A DNA stretch of 64,000 nt from Candidatus Nanohalarchaeota archaeon (GTDB taxonomy: Archaea > Nanohalarchaeota > Nanosalinia > Nanosalinales > Nanosalinaceae), in the NCBI GenBank assembly GCA_022729235.1, contig JALDAJ010000001.1, positions 640,001-704,000 on the forward strand. Reading direction: 5' to 3'. This document shows, piece by piece, positions 54,907-64,000 of this stretch (position 1 is the first letter of the stretch; every line of letters starts with the position of its first letter). The position numbers and the translations under genes were made by a program. A model generated the notes under the pieces. The model saw only the letters and a program-made list of their open reading frames with translations, made no database searches and had not been told where the DNA came from.

Positions 54907-56055
54907 ATGAATCATGTGCTCGTAAGATACAGCAGTATAGGCACCAAGTCCAGACCGGTACAAAAGAGGATGCGCGCCGTCCTGAGGCAGCGGGTCCAGG
55001 ACAGGATGGAGTATGAAGACATCGACTACGAGAAGGTATCTACTGATCACGGCAGGATAATAGTGAAAACCTCCAGCGCTGAGGAGGCAGCCGAGAATGT
55101 GTCAGAGCTTCCGGGTGTGGCGTCAGCATCTCCAGCTCTTAAGACTGGGGCGGACATGGAGTCGATTAAGGTGGCGTCGGAGGAGTTTGAGTATGGTGAT
55201 ACGTTCGGCATTGACGCGAACAGGGCGGGGAAGCACGATTTCTCCAGCCAGGACGTAAAGGTCGAGCTTGGCTCATATGTGGAGGATTTCACTGGTGCTA
55301 CTGTAGATCTTGATAACCCTGACACACTCCTGGAGGCGGATATTCGGAATGACGATGCTTATCTTTTCACTGAGAGGGTAAAAGGTCCGGGAGGCTTGCC
55401 TGTCGGAAGCCAGGGATCGCTGGCTGCGTTGGTTAGTGGGGGCATAGATTCTCCAGTTGCCGCTTACCAGGTCATGAAGAAGGGTGCGGATATAGTCCCG
55501 ATTTACTTCTACAACAAACCTATAGCGGCAGAAGACCACTTATTGAGGTTCCATGCCTCACTTGAAAAACTGCGGCGTTTCAACCCTGGCAAGAACTGGG
55601 AGTACTATGTCATCGATATGGAGGAGGTCAACAAGGAACTGAGGGGTGTTGGAAAAGGCAGGATGCTGCTTCACCGTATCGTTATGTTCCGGGTCGCGGA
55701 AAAGATAGCGGAGAAAGAAGGCGTGAAAGGTATAGTTACGGGAGAGTCGCTGGGGCAGAAATCCTCCCAGACCGCGACCAACCTTGAGCTGACCTCTCAA
55801 GAGGTCGGAAAACCTATCTACCGACCGTTGCTGGGATTGGACAAGAATGAGATTGTTGCCCGGGCAAAGAAGCTAGGGACGTTCAAGGAGGCGACCATAG
55901 ACTCCGCCTGTAGCACTTTGGCTCCAGAGAAGCCCTCAACCCGTATGAATGGTGGTGTGTTGGGTGAGCTGAAGACAGAAGTGGATATAGAGGGATTAGT
56001 TGAGAAAGCGTTTGAAACCCGGGATAAGCATGTTCTTGGGAACCGAAAAGATTAA
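54907..56055 (+). CDS. thiI: tRNA 4-thiouridine synthase ThiI
   Basis: THUMP domain, GPGGLPVG, SGGIDSPVA, TGESLGQ.SSQT, RPL. Confidence 0.92.
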   Translation: MNHVLVRYSSIGTKSRPVQKRMRAVLRQRVQDRMEYEDIDYEKVSTDHGRIIVKTSSAEEAAENVSELPGVASASPALKTGADMESIKVASEEFEYGDTFGIDANRAGKHDFSSQDVKVELGSYVEDFTGATVDLDNPDTLLEADIRNDDAYLFTERVKGPGGLPVGSQGSLAALVSGGIDSPVAAYQVMKKGADIVPIYFYNKPIAAEDHLLRFHASLEKLRRFNPGKNWEYYVIDMEEVNKELRGVGKGRMLLHRIVMFRVAEKIAEKEGVKGIVTGESLGQKSSQTATNLELTSQEVGKPIYRPLLGLDKNEIVARAKKLGTFKEATIDSACSTLAPEKPSTRMNGGVLGELKTEVDIEGLVEKAFETRDKHVLGNRKD

Positions 56056-56081
56056 ATAGCCTGCGGAGTCCGTGAATCCAT

Positions 56082-56387
56082 ATGTCTATACAGGAGAGAC
56101 GTGAAGAAGCCGAGGCGGTACTTGACTCCGCTGAAATGCTGCTCGAGACTTACCCGGGTGCGGGTGAAAAGAAAAGAGAGCTGGAGAGAAAAGTCAATGA
56201 ACTGGAACGAGAGCTCCAGGACCCTGATTCCGAGCAATCGCTCAAGAAATTGATTGATGATATAAGAGGTCTGATGGATGACATGAAGGATGAACCTGTT
56301 GACGAGTCCATGGACGAGCCAATGATGGGTCCTGAGGACAATATGGGTCCGGGTCCGGGCATGGAAGACGACGTACCCCCTTTCTAA
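56082..56387 (+). CDS. Hypothetical helical protein with M/P/G-rich tail
   Basis: 101-aa acidic ORF co-directional with its neighbours. Confidence 0.65.
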   Translation: MSIQERREEAEAVLDSAEMLLETYPGAGEKKRELERKVNELERELQDPDSEQSLKKLIDDIRGLMDDMKDEPVDESMDEPMMGPEDNMGPGPGMEDDVPPF

Positions 56388-56420
56388 CTCTTCTTAAGTC
56401 TGCGGTAAGAATCAAGGGTT

Positions 56421-56825
56421 ATGGATAACAGGGAGCTAGTGGAACAGTCCGTGATGAATAACCTTGGTGTAAGCTTCACCGAACTGAAGGAGATTACCGG
56501 TCTGGTCAACGGAGTGGTTCAGTATCACATCCGCCGTTCTGACAGGATTGAGAAGAAAAGAGGGGTTATACTGGAGAAAGGAGCGTGCAGCGGGTGTGGT
56601 TTAAGAGATATCTGTACGCGAAAATGCCTGATCGGCGAGTTGAGGGATTTAAGGAAACGTAGGATTCTTGAGATGAAGCATGAAGGCTTCAGCCAGAAAG
56701 AAATAGCCTCCGATCTGGGTATCGATGAGTCAACGGTGAGCTATCACGTGAACAGGATGAGAGACATGGACTTGCTGGAAGGCGAAACCCTGGTTGAAGA
56801 GGTCAGGGAGCATATCAGGGTTTGA
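56421..56825 (+). CDS. Double winged-helix transcriptional regulator with Cys cluster
   Basis: 'FTELKEITGL..GVVQYH', CSGC...C...C, 'SQKEIASDLGIDESTVSYHV'. Confidence 0.8.
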   Translation: MDNRELVEQSVMNNLGVSFTELKEITGLVNGVVQYHIRRSDRIEKKRGVILEKGACSGCGLRDICTRKCLIGELRDLRKRRILEMKHEGFSQKEIASDLGIDESTVSYHVNRMRDMDLLEGETLVEEVREHIRV

Positions 56826-56882
56826 AACCTTTACTACAAGCTTTTTATCCCGACTCAAGAAATCTTTGCACGGGAAGGGGAA

Positions 56883-57872
56883 ATGAAGGTAGCTTGGTTT
56901 GACACGGAGGACTGGGAGCGAGATTACCTGGAGAAAAAGGATCTGGAGTTCGAGATAGATTTTTTCGAACAACCCTTGACACCGGAAACCGCCGAAAAAG
57001 CGGAAGGATACGATATAGTCTCGGTTTTCGTCTCTTCTGAAGTCAGTGGAGAAGTCATAGACAGGCTGGACTGCAACCTCGTGGCGTGCCGTTCGACCGG
57101 TTATGACCACGTTGCGACCGGGAAGGCGGCTGAAAAGGGTATACCTGTGAGTAATGTTCCGGATTATGGAGGTACCACTGTCGCGGAGCATACTTTCGGT
57201 CTTATACTCGCGCTTTCCCGCAGAATTTACGATGCTATCCGGAGAGTGGAGGAAGAAAATTTCAGCCACCAGGGGCTCCAGGGCTTCGACCTGAAGGGTA
57301 AGAAGTTAGGAGTCGTTGGAACCGGGACGATAGGAAAGAATGTGATAAGAATCGCGAACGGATTCGACATGCACGTCATCGCGTACGATCCACAGCCAGA
57401 CAGGCACGCAGAGCACGAACTCGGCTTCATGTACGTCGACCTTGATGACTTACTGGAGCAGGCACATATAGTTACGCTGCACTGCCCGTTAACTGATGCC
57501 ACGGAGAATATGTTGTCGGAAAAGGAGTTCGAGAAGATGGAGGATACACTCCTCGTCAACACCGCGAGAGGAGAACTCATCGACCAGGAAGCCCTTATAG
57601 AGGCGCTGGAAGAGGACTGGGTGAAAGCAGCGGGATTAGACGTACTGGCGGAGGAATGTTTCATCGAGGACGATATCAAGTACCTCGGAGAGCTGGAGGA
57701 GAAATGTGATCCAAGGATTATTCTACAGGATCACATCCTCATGAAGCGAGATGATGTTCTGGTAACACCTCACAACGCCTTCAACTCGCGAGAAGCGCTG
57801 GAACGCATCGAGGACACGACCATAGAAAACATCCGCTCACACAGCAACGTCGTCAACTCTCCGTGGAGCTAA
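56883..57872 (+). CDS. D-isomer-specific 2-hydroxyacid dehydrogenase (D-lactate dehydrogenase-like)
   Basis: RSTGYDH, VAEH, GVVGTGTIG, LHCPLT, VNTARG, DVL, TPHNAF. Confidence 0.92.
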   Translation: MKVAWFDTEDWERDYLEKKDLEFEIDFFEQPLTPETAEKAEGYDIVSVFVSSEVSGEVIDRLDCNLVACRSTGYDHVATGKAAEKGIPVSNVPDYGGTTVAEHTFGLILALSRRIYDAIRRVEEENFSHQGLQGFDLKGKKLGVVGTGTIGKNVIRIANGFDMHVIAYDPQPDRHAEHELGFMYVDLDDLLEQAHIVTLHCPLTDATENMLSEKEFEKMEDTLLVNTARGELIDQEALIEALEEDWVKAAGLDVLAEECFIEDDIKYLGELEEKCDPRIILQDHILMKRDDVLVTPHNAFNSREALERIEDTTIENIRSHSNVVNSPWS

Positions 57873-58398
57873 ATCTCCACACAAGCACGAGTATAGCTAT
57901 CATCGCTGTCAGCGCCATCATCGGGATGGAGATGTAGCCGAAGTAGAACGTGTAGGTTGTCTCACAGGACACGGACAGTACCGAGCACCCGGCGTCCTGG
58001 AACTGGTCGAGTCTCTGTATCATGTAATGGTAAGCCGCTATAGGGATTCCTATCATCGCCAGCGGCATCACGTAATCAGACACATCGTCCTTTCTAAGCA
58101 CTATCGCAACGCCTAGAAGGACTACCATCGGGTAAATCAGTATGCGCTGGTACCAGCACATGAGGCAGGGCTCCCAGCCAAGTATTTGCGACATGTAGAG
58201 GCTTCCAGAGGTCGCAACCGTTGCCACAAGAAACGCGGTCTCCCGGTACCACTGATACAGGAGTTCTTCCGCCTGTTCAAGATACCTGTTAGACAGGTCG
58301 AAACCGGCTTTACGTCCTATGAAAACTGCGAGTCCGATCAACAGCAGGAGCTGGACCAGCAGGGTCGCGTAGGAAAGACCGGCTATAACAGCACTCAT
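57853..58398 (-). CDS. dsbB: Disulfide bond formation protein B (DsbB/BdbC-like)
   Basis: 'GSLYMS...PCLMCWYQRI..YP', second Cys pair C...SC, 'ISIP'; start moved to ATG 58398. Confidence 0.9.
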   Translation of the reverse strand: MSAVIAGLSYATLLVQLLLLIGLAVFIGRKAGFDLSNRYLEQAEELLYQWYRETAFLVATVATSGSLYMSQILGWEPCLMCWYQRILIYPMVVLLGVAIVLRKDDVSDYVMPLAMIGIPIAAYHYMIQRLDQFQDAGCSVLSVSCETTYTFYFGYISIPMMALTAMIAILVLVWRFSSTES

Positions 58399-58445
58399 GT
58401 ACTTCTTTTCAACTGCGGGATTCAAAACCGTTCTGGTAGAAACGT

Positions 58446-58796
58446 TCAATCGACGCGGAGCAGGTGCGCGTTACAGTTGCAGTCACTGCATCCGAAGTCC
58501 TCTACTGGTTCACCTACTTTCGAGACCGTATCCGCCAGCATGCACTCGAAACTCGAATTCTCAGGGACTACAAGGTAATCAACGGCTTCCGCAACGGAGG
58601 AAAAGTAGTCGATGTGCCAGTGCGTGTTCTCCACCTCGGAAAAGTGTCGCTCGATACGTTTCTCGACAGAGTTCATCGCCGAGCCCGCATAGATGTAGAT
58701 TCCAGGTTCGAACTCTATCTCTCCCAGCGCACCTATCTCTATACTTTTCTTTTCCTCCAGTCTGAAGAACACGAGGTAGACTGCTTTCACACTCAC
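58446..58796 (-). CDS. DUF123 / GIY-YIG (Uri) superfamily protein
   Basis: 'IGALG...GIYIYAGSA...RIERH...HWHIDY...EC...FGCSDC.C..HL'. Confidence 0.88.
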   Translation of the reverse strand: MSVKAVYLVFFRLEEKKSIEIGALGEIEFEPGIYIYAGSAMNSVEKRIERHFSEVENTHWHIDYFSSVAEAVDYLVVPENSSFECMLADTVSKVGEPVEDFGCSDCNCNAHLLRVD

Positions 58797-58842
58797 AACT
58801 TGACCAAAAGCTTATCTAAAGCTGACTGTATAAATCCATGAT

Positions 58843-59676
58843 ATGGTCGAATGTGATTACTGTGGAGACGAGTTCGATGACGAACTTGATCTCCACCTCC
58901 ACTGGGGAGAAGAACACGAGGACGAGATAAACTCCCACGAAAAAGACAAGGTCAAGAAGGCGCGTAGAAAGAAGGAAGAGCAGGAAGAAGCCCGGATGAA
59001 GGATAGGAAGAAATACGCGGGCTACGCGCTGACAGGTGTTCTAGCAGTTGTGTTCCTTGCATTTGTAGGACCCCAGGTTGTCCAGATGATAGGTGCTGGT
59101 GACGATGTGGAGATGGAAGAGCTTGAGGCAGAACTTGACCTCGAGGAAAGACCTGTACTTGGAGATAGAGATGCGGACGTAACTGTAATCGAATTCGGAG
59201 ACTACCTGTGTCCCGCCTGCCGAAGCTTCGAACACCGTACTAAAGAACCGCTTAAGAACACAGGTTACTTCCAGGAGGGTAGTGGAGTCAGCTTCTACTA
59301 CGTACATCTACCAGTAGTTGACCCGACAGGTTCTACAAACGCAGCGGCAGCAGCGGAATGCGTCGCGGAGCAGGACCAGGAACAGTACTGGGACTACCAC
59401 GGCGCGCTGTTCCAGAACCAGCAAAATATCAACTACAACACGCAGGGACTGGTTAACCTTGCAGAGCAGTCAACAGAAGGACTGGACTACGAACAGCTTG
59501 AAGCCTGCATCAGCAACGGCGACACGCGCGAAAGAGTAAGTGACGACCAGAGCTTCGCCCACAACAACGGGTTCAGGAGCACACCAACAGTACTCGTGAA
59601 CGGACAGGTAGTACACGACAGGAGCTACGACAACATGGTACAGCTCATAGAAGGAGAGCTTGACCAAGCAGAGTAG
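58843..59676 (+). CDS. dsbA: Membrane-anchored DsbA/BdbD-like thiol-disulfide oxidoreductase with N-terminal C2H2 finger
   Basis: 'LGD.DA.VTVIEFGDYLCPAC', cis-Pro 'STPT.LVNG'; N-terminal CDYC...H...H then TM. Confidence 0.88.
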   Translation: MVECDYCGDEFDDELDLHLHWGEEHEDEINSHEKDKVKKARRKKEEQEEARMKDRKKYAGYALTGVLAVVFLAFVGPQVVQMIGAGDDVEMEELEAELDLEERPVLGDRDADVTVIEFGDYLCPACRSFEHRTKEPLKNTGYFQEGSGVSFYYVHLPVVDPTGSTNAAAAAECVAEQDQEQYWDYHGALFQNQQNINYNTQGLVNLAEQSTEGLDYEQLEACISNGDTRERVSDDQSFAHNNGFRSTPTVLVNGQVVHDRSYDNMVQLIEGELDQAE

Positions 59677-59696
59677 GTCTCAATGACCTCTCTAAC

Positions 59697-59960
59697 TCAC
59701 CTATCTACAAACCTGTAGAACCGGCTAGTTTCACCAGCATCATTTTTCTCCTGGTAACGCATAGCTAATCCCCGTTCCTCGAACCTCTCAAAGAACTCAC
59801 TCCACGAGATACGCTCCAGGTCCTCATCAGGATCGTCCTCGAAATCAAAATGCAGAACTGTGCGCGCCACACCCTTGAAGACGGCAGGTCTACCACCTCT
59901 CTCCTCAGCCCACTCACGGATTTTCTCGTGTTCAGCGGTTTTCAAGGCTTTCTTTGGCAT
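59697..59960 (-). CDS. Conserved small hypothetical protein
   Basis: 'HEKIREWAEERGGRPA...ISWSEFFERFEERGLA...SRF'. Confidence 0.75.
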   Translation of the reverse strand: MPKKALKTAEHEKIREWAEERGGRPAVFKGVARTVLHFDFEDDPDEDLERISWSEFFERFEERGLAMRYQEKNDAGETSRFYRFVDR

Positions 59961-60056
59961 GGGAACAAAAACATGGAGCTCTCAGCCAGTTTAAACAAAT
60001 CCTCACTCGACCACACCAGAAAACCCGGAACAGAATGTTCGCCGGCGCTGACATCT

Positions 60057-60419
60057 CTAGCCTGTCTCGTCTGGAGAGAGTCCGACGTTTTCGGTCTTAC
60101 AGTACCCGTCTTCCAGTTGAAGTCCGTAATTTTCGCAGTTATACTGTGCCATACAGTAGTTAGCTCCTGTGACTGTTGAACCGAGGTTTATCAGAGAATT
60201 CCTTAGATTCCAGATTCCTGTAAACCGTTCGTTAAGCGCCACCATCGTCCCGCCCATCGCGCAGCTGCAACCAGGTGTGTCAACCAGTTCACACTCGGTA
60301 ACATCATCTGCTGATTGCATGAAGCTCATCATAACCGACGGCGCCAACAAAACTGCTATCAATCCAAGAAGACAAGAAGCCAGTATGATTCCGCCATACT
60401 TCAGGTATCTGTTACGCAC
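60057..60419 (-). CDS. Small membrane-anchored Cys-rich exported protein
   Basis: GTG start inferred at 60419; N-terminal TM then six Cys ('CELVDTPGCSC.MGG..VALN'). Confidence 0.55.
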   Translation of the reverse strand: MRNRYLKYGGIILASCLLGLIAVLLAPSVMMSFMQSADDVTECELVDTPGCSCAMGGTMVALNERFTGIWNLRNSLINLGSTVTGANYCMAQYNCENYGLQLEDGYCKTENVGLSPDETG

Positions 60420-60595
60420 AGGAACTTTTAGCTTCAGATTGTTAATTAAAGTAGTGGCGGTTAGATGCTGGCGCTGGGTTCGAAACTGCGAGGCAGTTTC
60501 TGTACCATAAGAAAATCTATGATTTTCGAGGATTTGAACCCGAAGCTCGCCGTATCGGGAGCTTCTCTCATCAAATCCGCAGTTTAGGCGTGAAA

Positions 60596-60684
60596 CGCCG
60601 GCGCTGGGATTTGAACCCAGGAGGGCCGTCACAGCCCAGCAGATCTCGAATCTGCCGCGTTCAACCAGACTCCGCCACGCCGGC
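60596..60684 (-). tRNA. tRNA-Ser (CGA)
   Basis: Acceptor GCCGGCG/CGCCGGC, anticodon arm GCAGA-TT CGA GA-TCTGC, long variable arm GGGCTG..CGGCCC, T-loop TTCAAAT, G73. Confidence 0.95.
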
Positions 60685-60800
60685 AGAAACTTCTGGAAGT
60701 TTCATCACCAGAAACTGCGTTCCGACTTCGCCTCCAGCAGCTTTCAGAATTAGGAGCTGTCGTGAAGCTTTTATTTAGTTGAGTTCCCGTTATCTGGTTT

Positions 60801-61463
60801 ATGGAGTACGGTTCTGTAGTTTTTGATATGGACGGAGTGATCCTTGACTCTATGAGGGACCATTCCTGGGTTTATGCTGCCGTTGAAAGGGTGGTGCAGG
60901 AAAAAGGTGTTGAAAGAGAGCTTGATAGAGGTGAAAAGGCGGCGATACTTGGGGAGCAGGGTTTTGACCGTTGTGTTCAGTCTTGTGAGAAAATCGGTCT
61001 TGATCCTGGTGATGTCTGGACAGAGATTTGCCGCGCCACGACCCGTGTAAGAAAGGAGAGGATAGAAAGCGGGGAGATGACGCTTGTGGACGGTGCTGGA
61101 GAGATGATTAAAAAGATACACGCCCAGGAGAGGAAGATGGCGCTGGTGAGTAACGCGCCGGATGAAGCTGTCAGGTTCGTTGTGCGACATTTTGAACTGG
61201 AGCGTTTTTTCGACTTCTATATAGGGTTAAGAGACTTCGAAGACCTTGCCTCGAAGAAGCCTGCGCCGGACCACCTTGAGGTCGCGAAGGCAGAGCTCGG
61301 GAGAAACCCGTACCTGTACGTCGGGGATGCTGAGTCAGATGTTATAGCAGCTCACAGGGCGGATATGGACGCGGCGTGGCTGCATCCTTCTAAGGAGTCT
61401 GACGTGAAGGCGGATTACGAACTTAAAGCACTGAACGCGCTGGAAAACGTGATTGATACGTGA
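60801..61463 (+). CDS. HAD superfamily hydrolase (phosphoglycolate phosphatase-like)
   Basis: FDMDGVILDS, VSN, KPAP, YVGD..SD. Confidence 0.9.
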   Translation: MEYGSVVFDMDGVILDSMRDHSWVYAAVERVVQEKGVERELDRGEKAAILGEQGFDRCVQSCEKIGLDPGDVWTEICRATTRVRKERIESGEMTLVDGAGEMIKKIHAQERKMALVSNAPDEAVRFVVRHFELERFFDFYIGLRDFEDLASKKPAPDHLEVAKAELGRNPYLYVGDAESDVIAAHRADMDAAWLHPSKESDVKADYELKALNALENVIDT

Positions 61464-62113
61464 GCTACGACGGCGTGATTTTCGACTTTGACGGCGTCCT
61501 TCTAAACTCTGGAGAGGATGGCTTTAAATGGGCAGGGAAGGCGAGAGAAGAGAAATCCCGTGAATTAGGCTACGACTACAGTTGTACAGCAGGATACATT
61601 TTTGCCTCTAGTTCATTCGAGGAGATGAAGAAAAAAGTGGAGCAGAGCCCGATGAGCTGGCAAGAGTTCATGGAGGTTGAAAAAGCTGCGGCACAAAGAA
61701 AGCTGGAACTTGTGAAGAGAGGACAGATGGAGCTTTTTCCTTCCGCCAGAGATGTTCTGGAAAATATAGGGGTTCCGAAGGCGGTTGTAAGCAACGCTTA
61801 CGGGGACATAGTTGACGGTATAGTGAGACAGTTCGGGATAGACGAGCACCTCGTGTACTGGACTGCGCCGAGACTGGATGATATCAAGAGATACCACAGC
61901 CTGGCGAAACCAGAGACAGACATGCTTGACCGCGCGATGAAAGAGATTGGTTCCCGTGACGTGATAATGGTCGGGGATAAGAAGTTTGATGTTCAGGCGG
62001 CGAAAAACGCGGGTATAGAATCTATTCTGGTCAACAGTTACGGCGAAGATATCGATGCGGATCCTACTTATAGGGTTGAAAGCCTGGAAGAAGTACTCCG
62101 GATAGTCGGTTGA
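61460..62113 (+). CDS. HAD superfamily hydrolase
   Basis: FDFDGVL, VSN, KP, MVGD..FD..AA.NAG. Confidence 0.9.
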   Translation: MSYDGVIFDFDGVLLNSGEDGFKWAGKAREEKSRELGYDYSCTAGYIFASSSFEEMKKKVEQSPMSWQEFMEVEKAAAQRKLELVKRGQMELFPSARDVLENIGVPKAVVSNAYGDIVDGIVRQFGIDEHLVYWTAPRLDDIKRYHSLAKPETDMLDRAMKEIGSRDVIMVGDKKFDVQAAKNAGIESILVNSYGEDIDADPTYRVESLEEVLRIVG

Positions 62114-62148
62114 CAGCGTTAAAAATTTTCGCCGACGTTTTTCAGATT

Positions 62149-63114
62149 ATGACAGACGAAATCTGTTCAAAGTGTGATGCGGACGCGGTGATTCACCGCG
62201 AATATGAGGGCCGCTCGCTCTGCAAGAAGCACTTTTCTATAGATGTGAACAAGCAGGTCAAGAAGACTATAAGAGAAGGAGACCTGGTCGAGTCAGGTGA
62301 CACGATAGCGGTCGGTCTCTCCGGTGGGAAAGACTCCGCGGTTCTGCTTGAACAGCTGGTAAAGGTCTTCGGTGAGCGACCGGATATCGAAATCGTTGGT
62401 GTGTCCGTCCACGAAGGGATCGATGAGTACCGCGACGAGTCGATAACAGCTGCGCAGGAACTGTGTGATGAACTCGGTGTGGCGCTTCACGTCGGGCGCT
62501 ACAGTGATTACTACGATCTCAAGATGGACGATGTCGCGGACGCGGGAGAGCGTGGGAACTGCACCTACTGCGGTATCTTCCGCCGCGACCTGTTGAACAA
62601 GTTAGCACGCGAAGTGGATGCGGACAAGATAGCTATCGGTCACAACCTGGATGATGAGGCGCAGGCTATAATGATGAATTATATCAAGGGAGACACGAGG
62701 AGGCTGGCGCGCGTAGGTTCGAGAACGGACCAGGTGTCGCACGACAAGTTCGTGCCGCGTATCAAGCCTCTTCTTGACGTCAGGGAGAAAGAAATCGCGC
62801 TTTACTCCCGGCTCCATGACTTGGGTGTCATCGACCGCTGCCCGCATGTTCAGGAGGGGACTCTGCGTCCCATGGTGAAGTCGTTCCTCAACAAGCTGGA
62901 GAGCCAGATGCCGGGTATAAAGCATTCCATCGTTTCCCAGGGTCACGACCTCTCCTCGCTCGTTGAAGAGAATTTTGAGTTCGAGGATTCGGAAATCAAG
63001 GAATGCGAGAGATGCGGTGAGCCGTGCTCCGGCGGTCTCTGTAGGAAGTGCCAGTTGCTTGATGATATAAAGAAGGCGGCGGACGAGAGCGAAGAACACG
63101 ACTTCGAGAAATAA
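62149..63114 (+). CDS. ttuA: tRNA 2-thiolation protein TtuA/Ncs6 family
   Basis: N-terminal CSKC..C..H, SGGKDS, CTYC...RR, GHNLDD, CP, C-terminal CERC/CRKC. Confidence 0.9.
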   Translation: MTDEICSKCDADAVIHREYEGRSLCKKHFSIDVNKQVKKTIREGDLVESGDTIAVGLSGGKDSAVLLEQLVKVFGERPDIEIVGVSVHEGIDEYRDESITAAQELCDELGVALHVGRYSDYYDLKMDDVADAGERGNCTYCGIFRRDLLNKLAREVDADKIAIGHNLDDEAQAIMMNYIKGDTRRLARVGSRTDQVSHDKFVPRIKPLLDVREKEIALYSRLHDLGVIDRCPHVQEGTLRPMVKSFLNKLESQMPGIKHSIVSQGHDLSSLVEENFEFEDSEIKECERCGEPCSGGLCRKCQLLDDIKKAADESEEHDFEK

Positions 63115-63176
63115 ACCGGGGCGACGGATGTTTTTTCATTATAAAAGAATTGACGGACCGTTGAATCCGGTTGACT

Positions 63177-63683
63177 ATGGATAGAAAGTTGATTCAGGTG
63201 ACCCTTGCTTTCGTGGTCATCGCTGGAACAGTTTCCGCCCAGTCCCAGGATGCCGCTGAAAACGCTGTTCACAAGGTCGGGATAGTATCGGACCACGGTC
63301 CGCAGGTATTCCAATGTGAGCCCGGCAGTATTCCGGAGACTTCGCTCCTGGATAAGATGGAGAGCGAGGTAAAGAAGTTCTTTGATGTCGAAGAACAGGA
63401 GGAACCCGACCGCTGTAAGTACTGGTCACGTGAGTACGCTGTCCCTCAAGATGAGAACACGACTGAGTACAGGATAGGGGTCGTGAAGTACGAGAACAGG
63501 AGTGAAGAAGCACTTCTGGTCGCTGAGAGAGATGGTAGCGGAGTGTCCTACGCGGATGTCCTTGCTGACGGTGAGAGTGTGGGAGCTACTGGTGCTGACG
63601 GTATGTTCGAGCTTGATCTAGTGAATGTTTCCCGGGTAGAGGTCAAGACGTCCGACGGGAAGCTGGGGCTGGAAACTAGGTAG
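63177..63683 (+). CDS. Secreted hypothetical protein
   Basis: Signal peptide, Cys pair; followed by a T-rich terminator. Confidence 0.65.
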   Translation: MDRKLIQVTLAFVVIAGTVSAQSQDAAENAVHKVGIVSDHGPQVFQCEPGSIPETSLLDKMESEVKKFFDVEEQEEPDRCKYWSREYAVPQDENTTEYRIGVVKYENRSEEALLVAERDGSGVSYADVLADGESVGATGADGMFELDLVNVSRVEVKTSDGKLGLETR

Positions 63684-63826
63684 CGGAGAACTCTCCCTCC
63701 AACCTTCATTTCTTTTTTCTGTATATTCTATTTAAGGTGTTGTAACTCTTAGGACAGGATATAATCGCCTCTCCGAATAAAAGGGTTTTAATAAGGATTC
63801 TAAATACTGGGCTAAGGTGTTATTTG

Positions 63827-64000
63827 ATGAGGCAAAAGTCCGTCGCCCTAGTCGCTGGTTTGATAGTAGCCTTTACTTTCCACGCCACTGCGGCGCCGGC
63901 AGATGACTCCGGGGAGGTGGTGGAGCCGGAGGTCTTTGAATGCGATTCTGATGATGTGCCTGATACCTCTATAACCGAGAAGTTCCGGAATGACGTGCTG
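63827..64000 (+). CDS. 5' part of a secreted paralogue of the preceding gene (runs off window)
   Basis: MRQKSVALVAGLIVAFTFHATA...EPEVFECDSDDVPDTSITEKFRNDV aligns with GPQVFQCEPGSIPETSLLDKMESEV. Confidence 0.65.
   Translation, partial: MRQKSVALVAGLIVAFTFHATAAPADDSGEVVEPEVFECDSDDVPDTSITEKFRNDVL

Noticed and set aside
60420-60778. Extended ORF start at 60632 and ORF 60590..60778
   Set aside because: Both run through tRNA-Ser and its degenerate copies
1-64000. Transposases, integrases, rRNA, restriction-modification or cas genes
   Set aside because: No recognisable motifs found by eye; a profile search would be needed to exclude highly diverged members

Overview
Gene-dense archaeal window with a strongly acidic (D/E-rich) proteome, short intergenic spacers and archaeal-type genes. 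This best fits a halophilic DPANN archaeon (probably Nanohaloarchaeota; inference, not a database result). In order: a cell-surface protein end; a MoxR AAA+/DUF58/vWA operon whose MoxR carries a 589-aa intein; an oddly oriented RelE/RHH toxin-antitoxin cluster; a secreted surface protein with a ~230-nt structured leader, divergent from four Ig-like surface/membrane genes; MinD; PEP synthase with a C-terminal winged-helix extension; a ~13.5-kb type IV pilus locus (7 class III signal-peptide proteins, two TadB/C-like platform proteins, ATPase, prepilin peptidase, coiled-coil proteins, archaeosortase); Hef, HerA-like and Hjc-like DNA-processing genes; an SRP RNA with non-canonical tetraloops; tRNA-Cys preceded by an unannotated 25-aa Cys-rich ORF; three NUDIX genes, cysS, ileS, thiI, ttuA, a D-2-hydroxyacid dehydrogenase, a DsbA/DsbB pair, tRNA-Ser with att-like remnants and two HAD hydrolases. 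No CRISPR array, rRNA or transposase was seen. All family calls come from motif recognition by eye; several starts were moved from the ORF track to more plausible downstream start codons.
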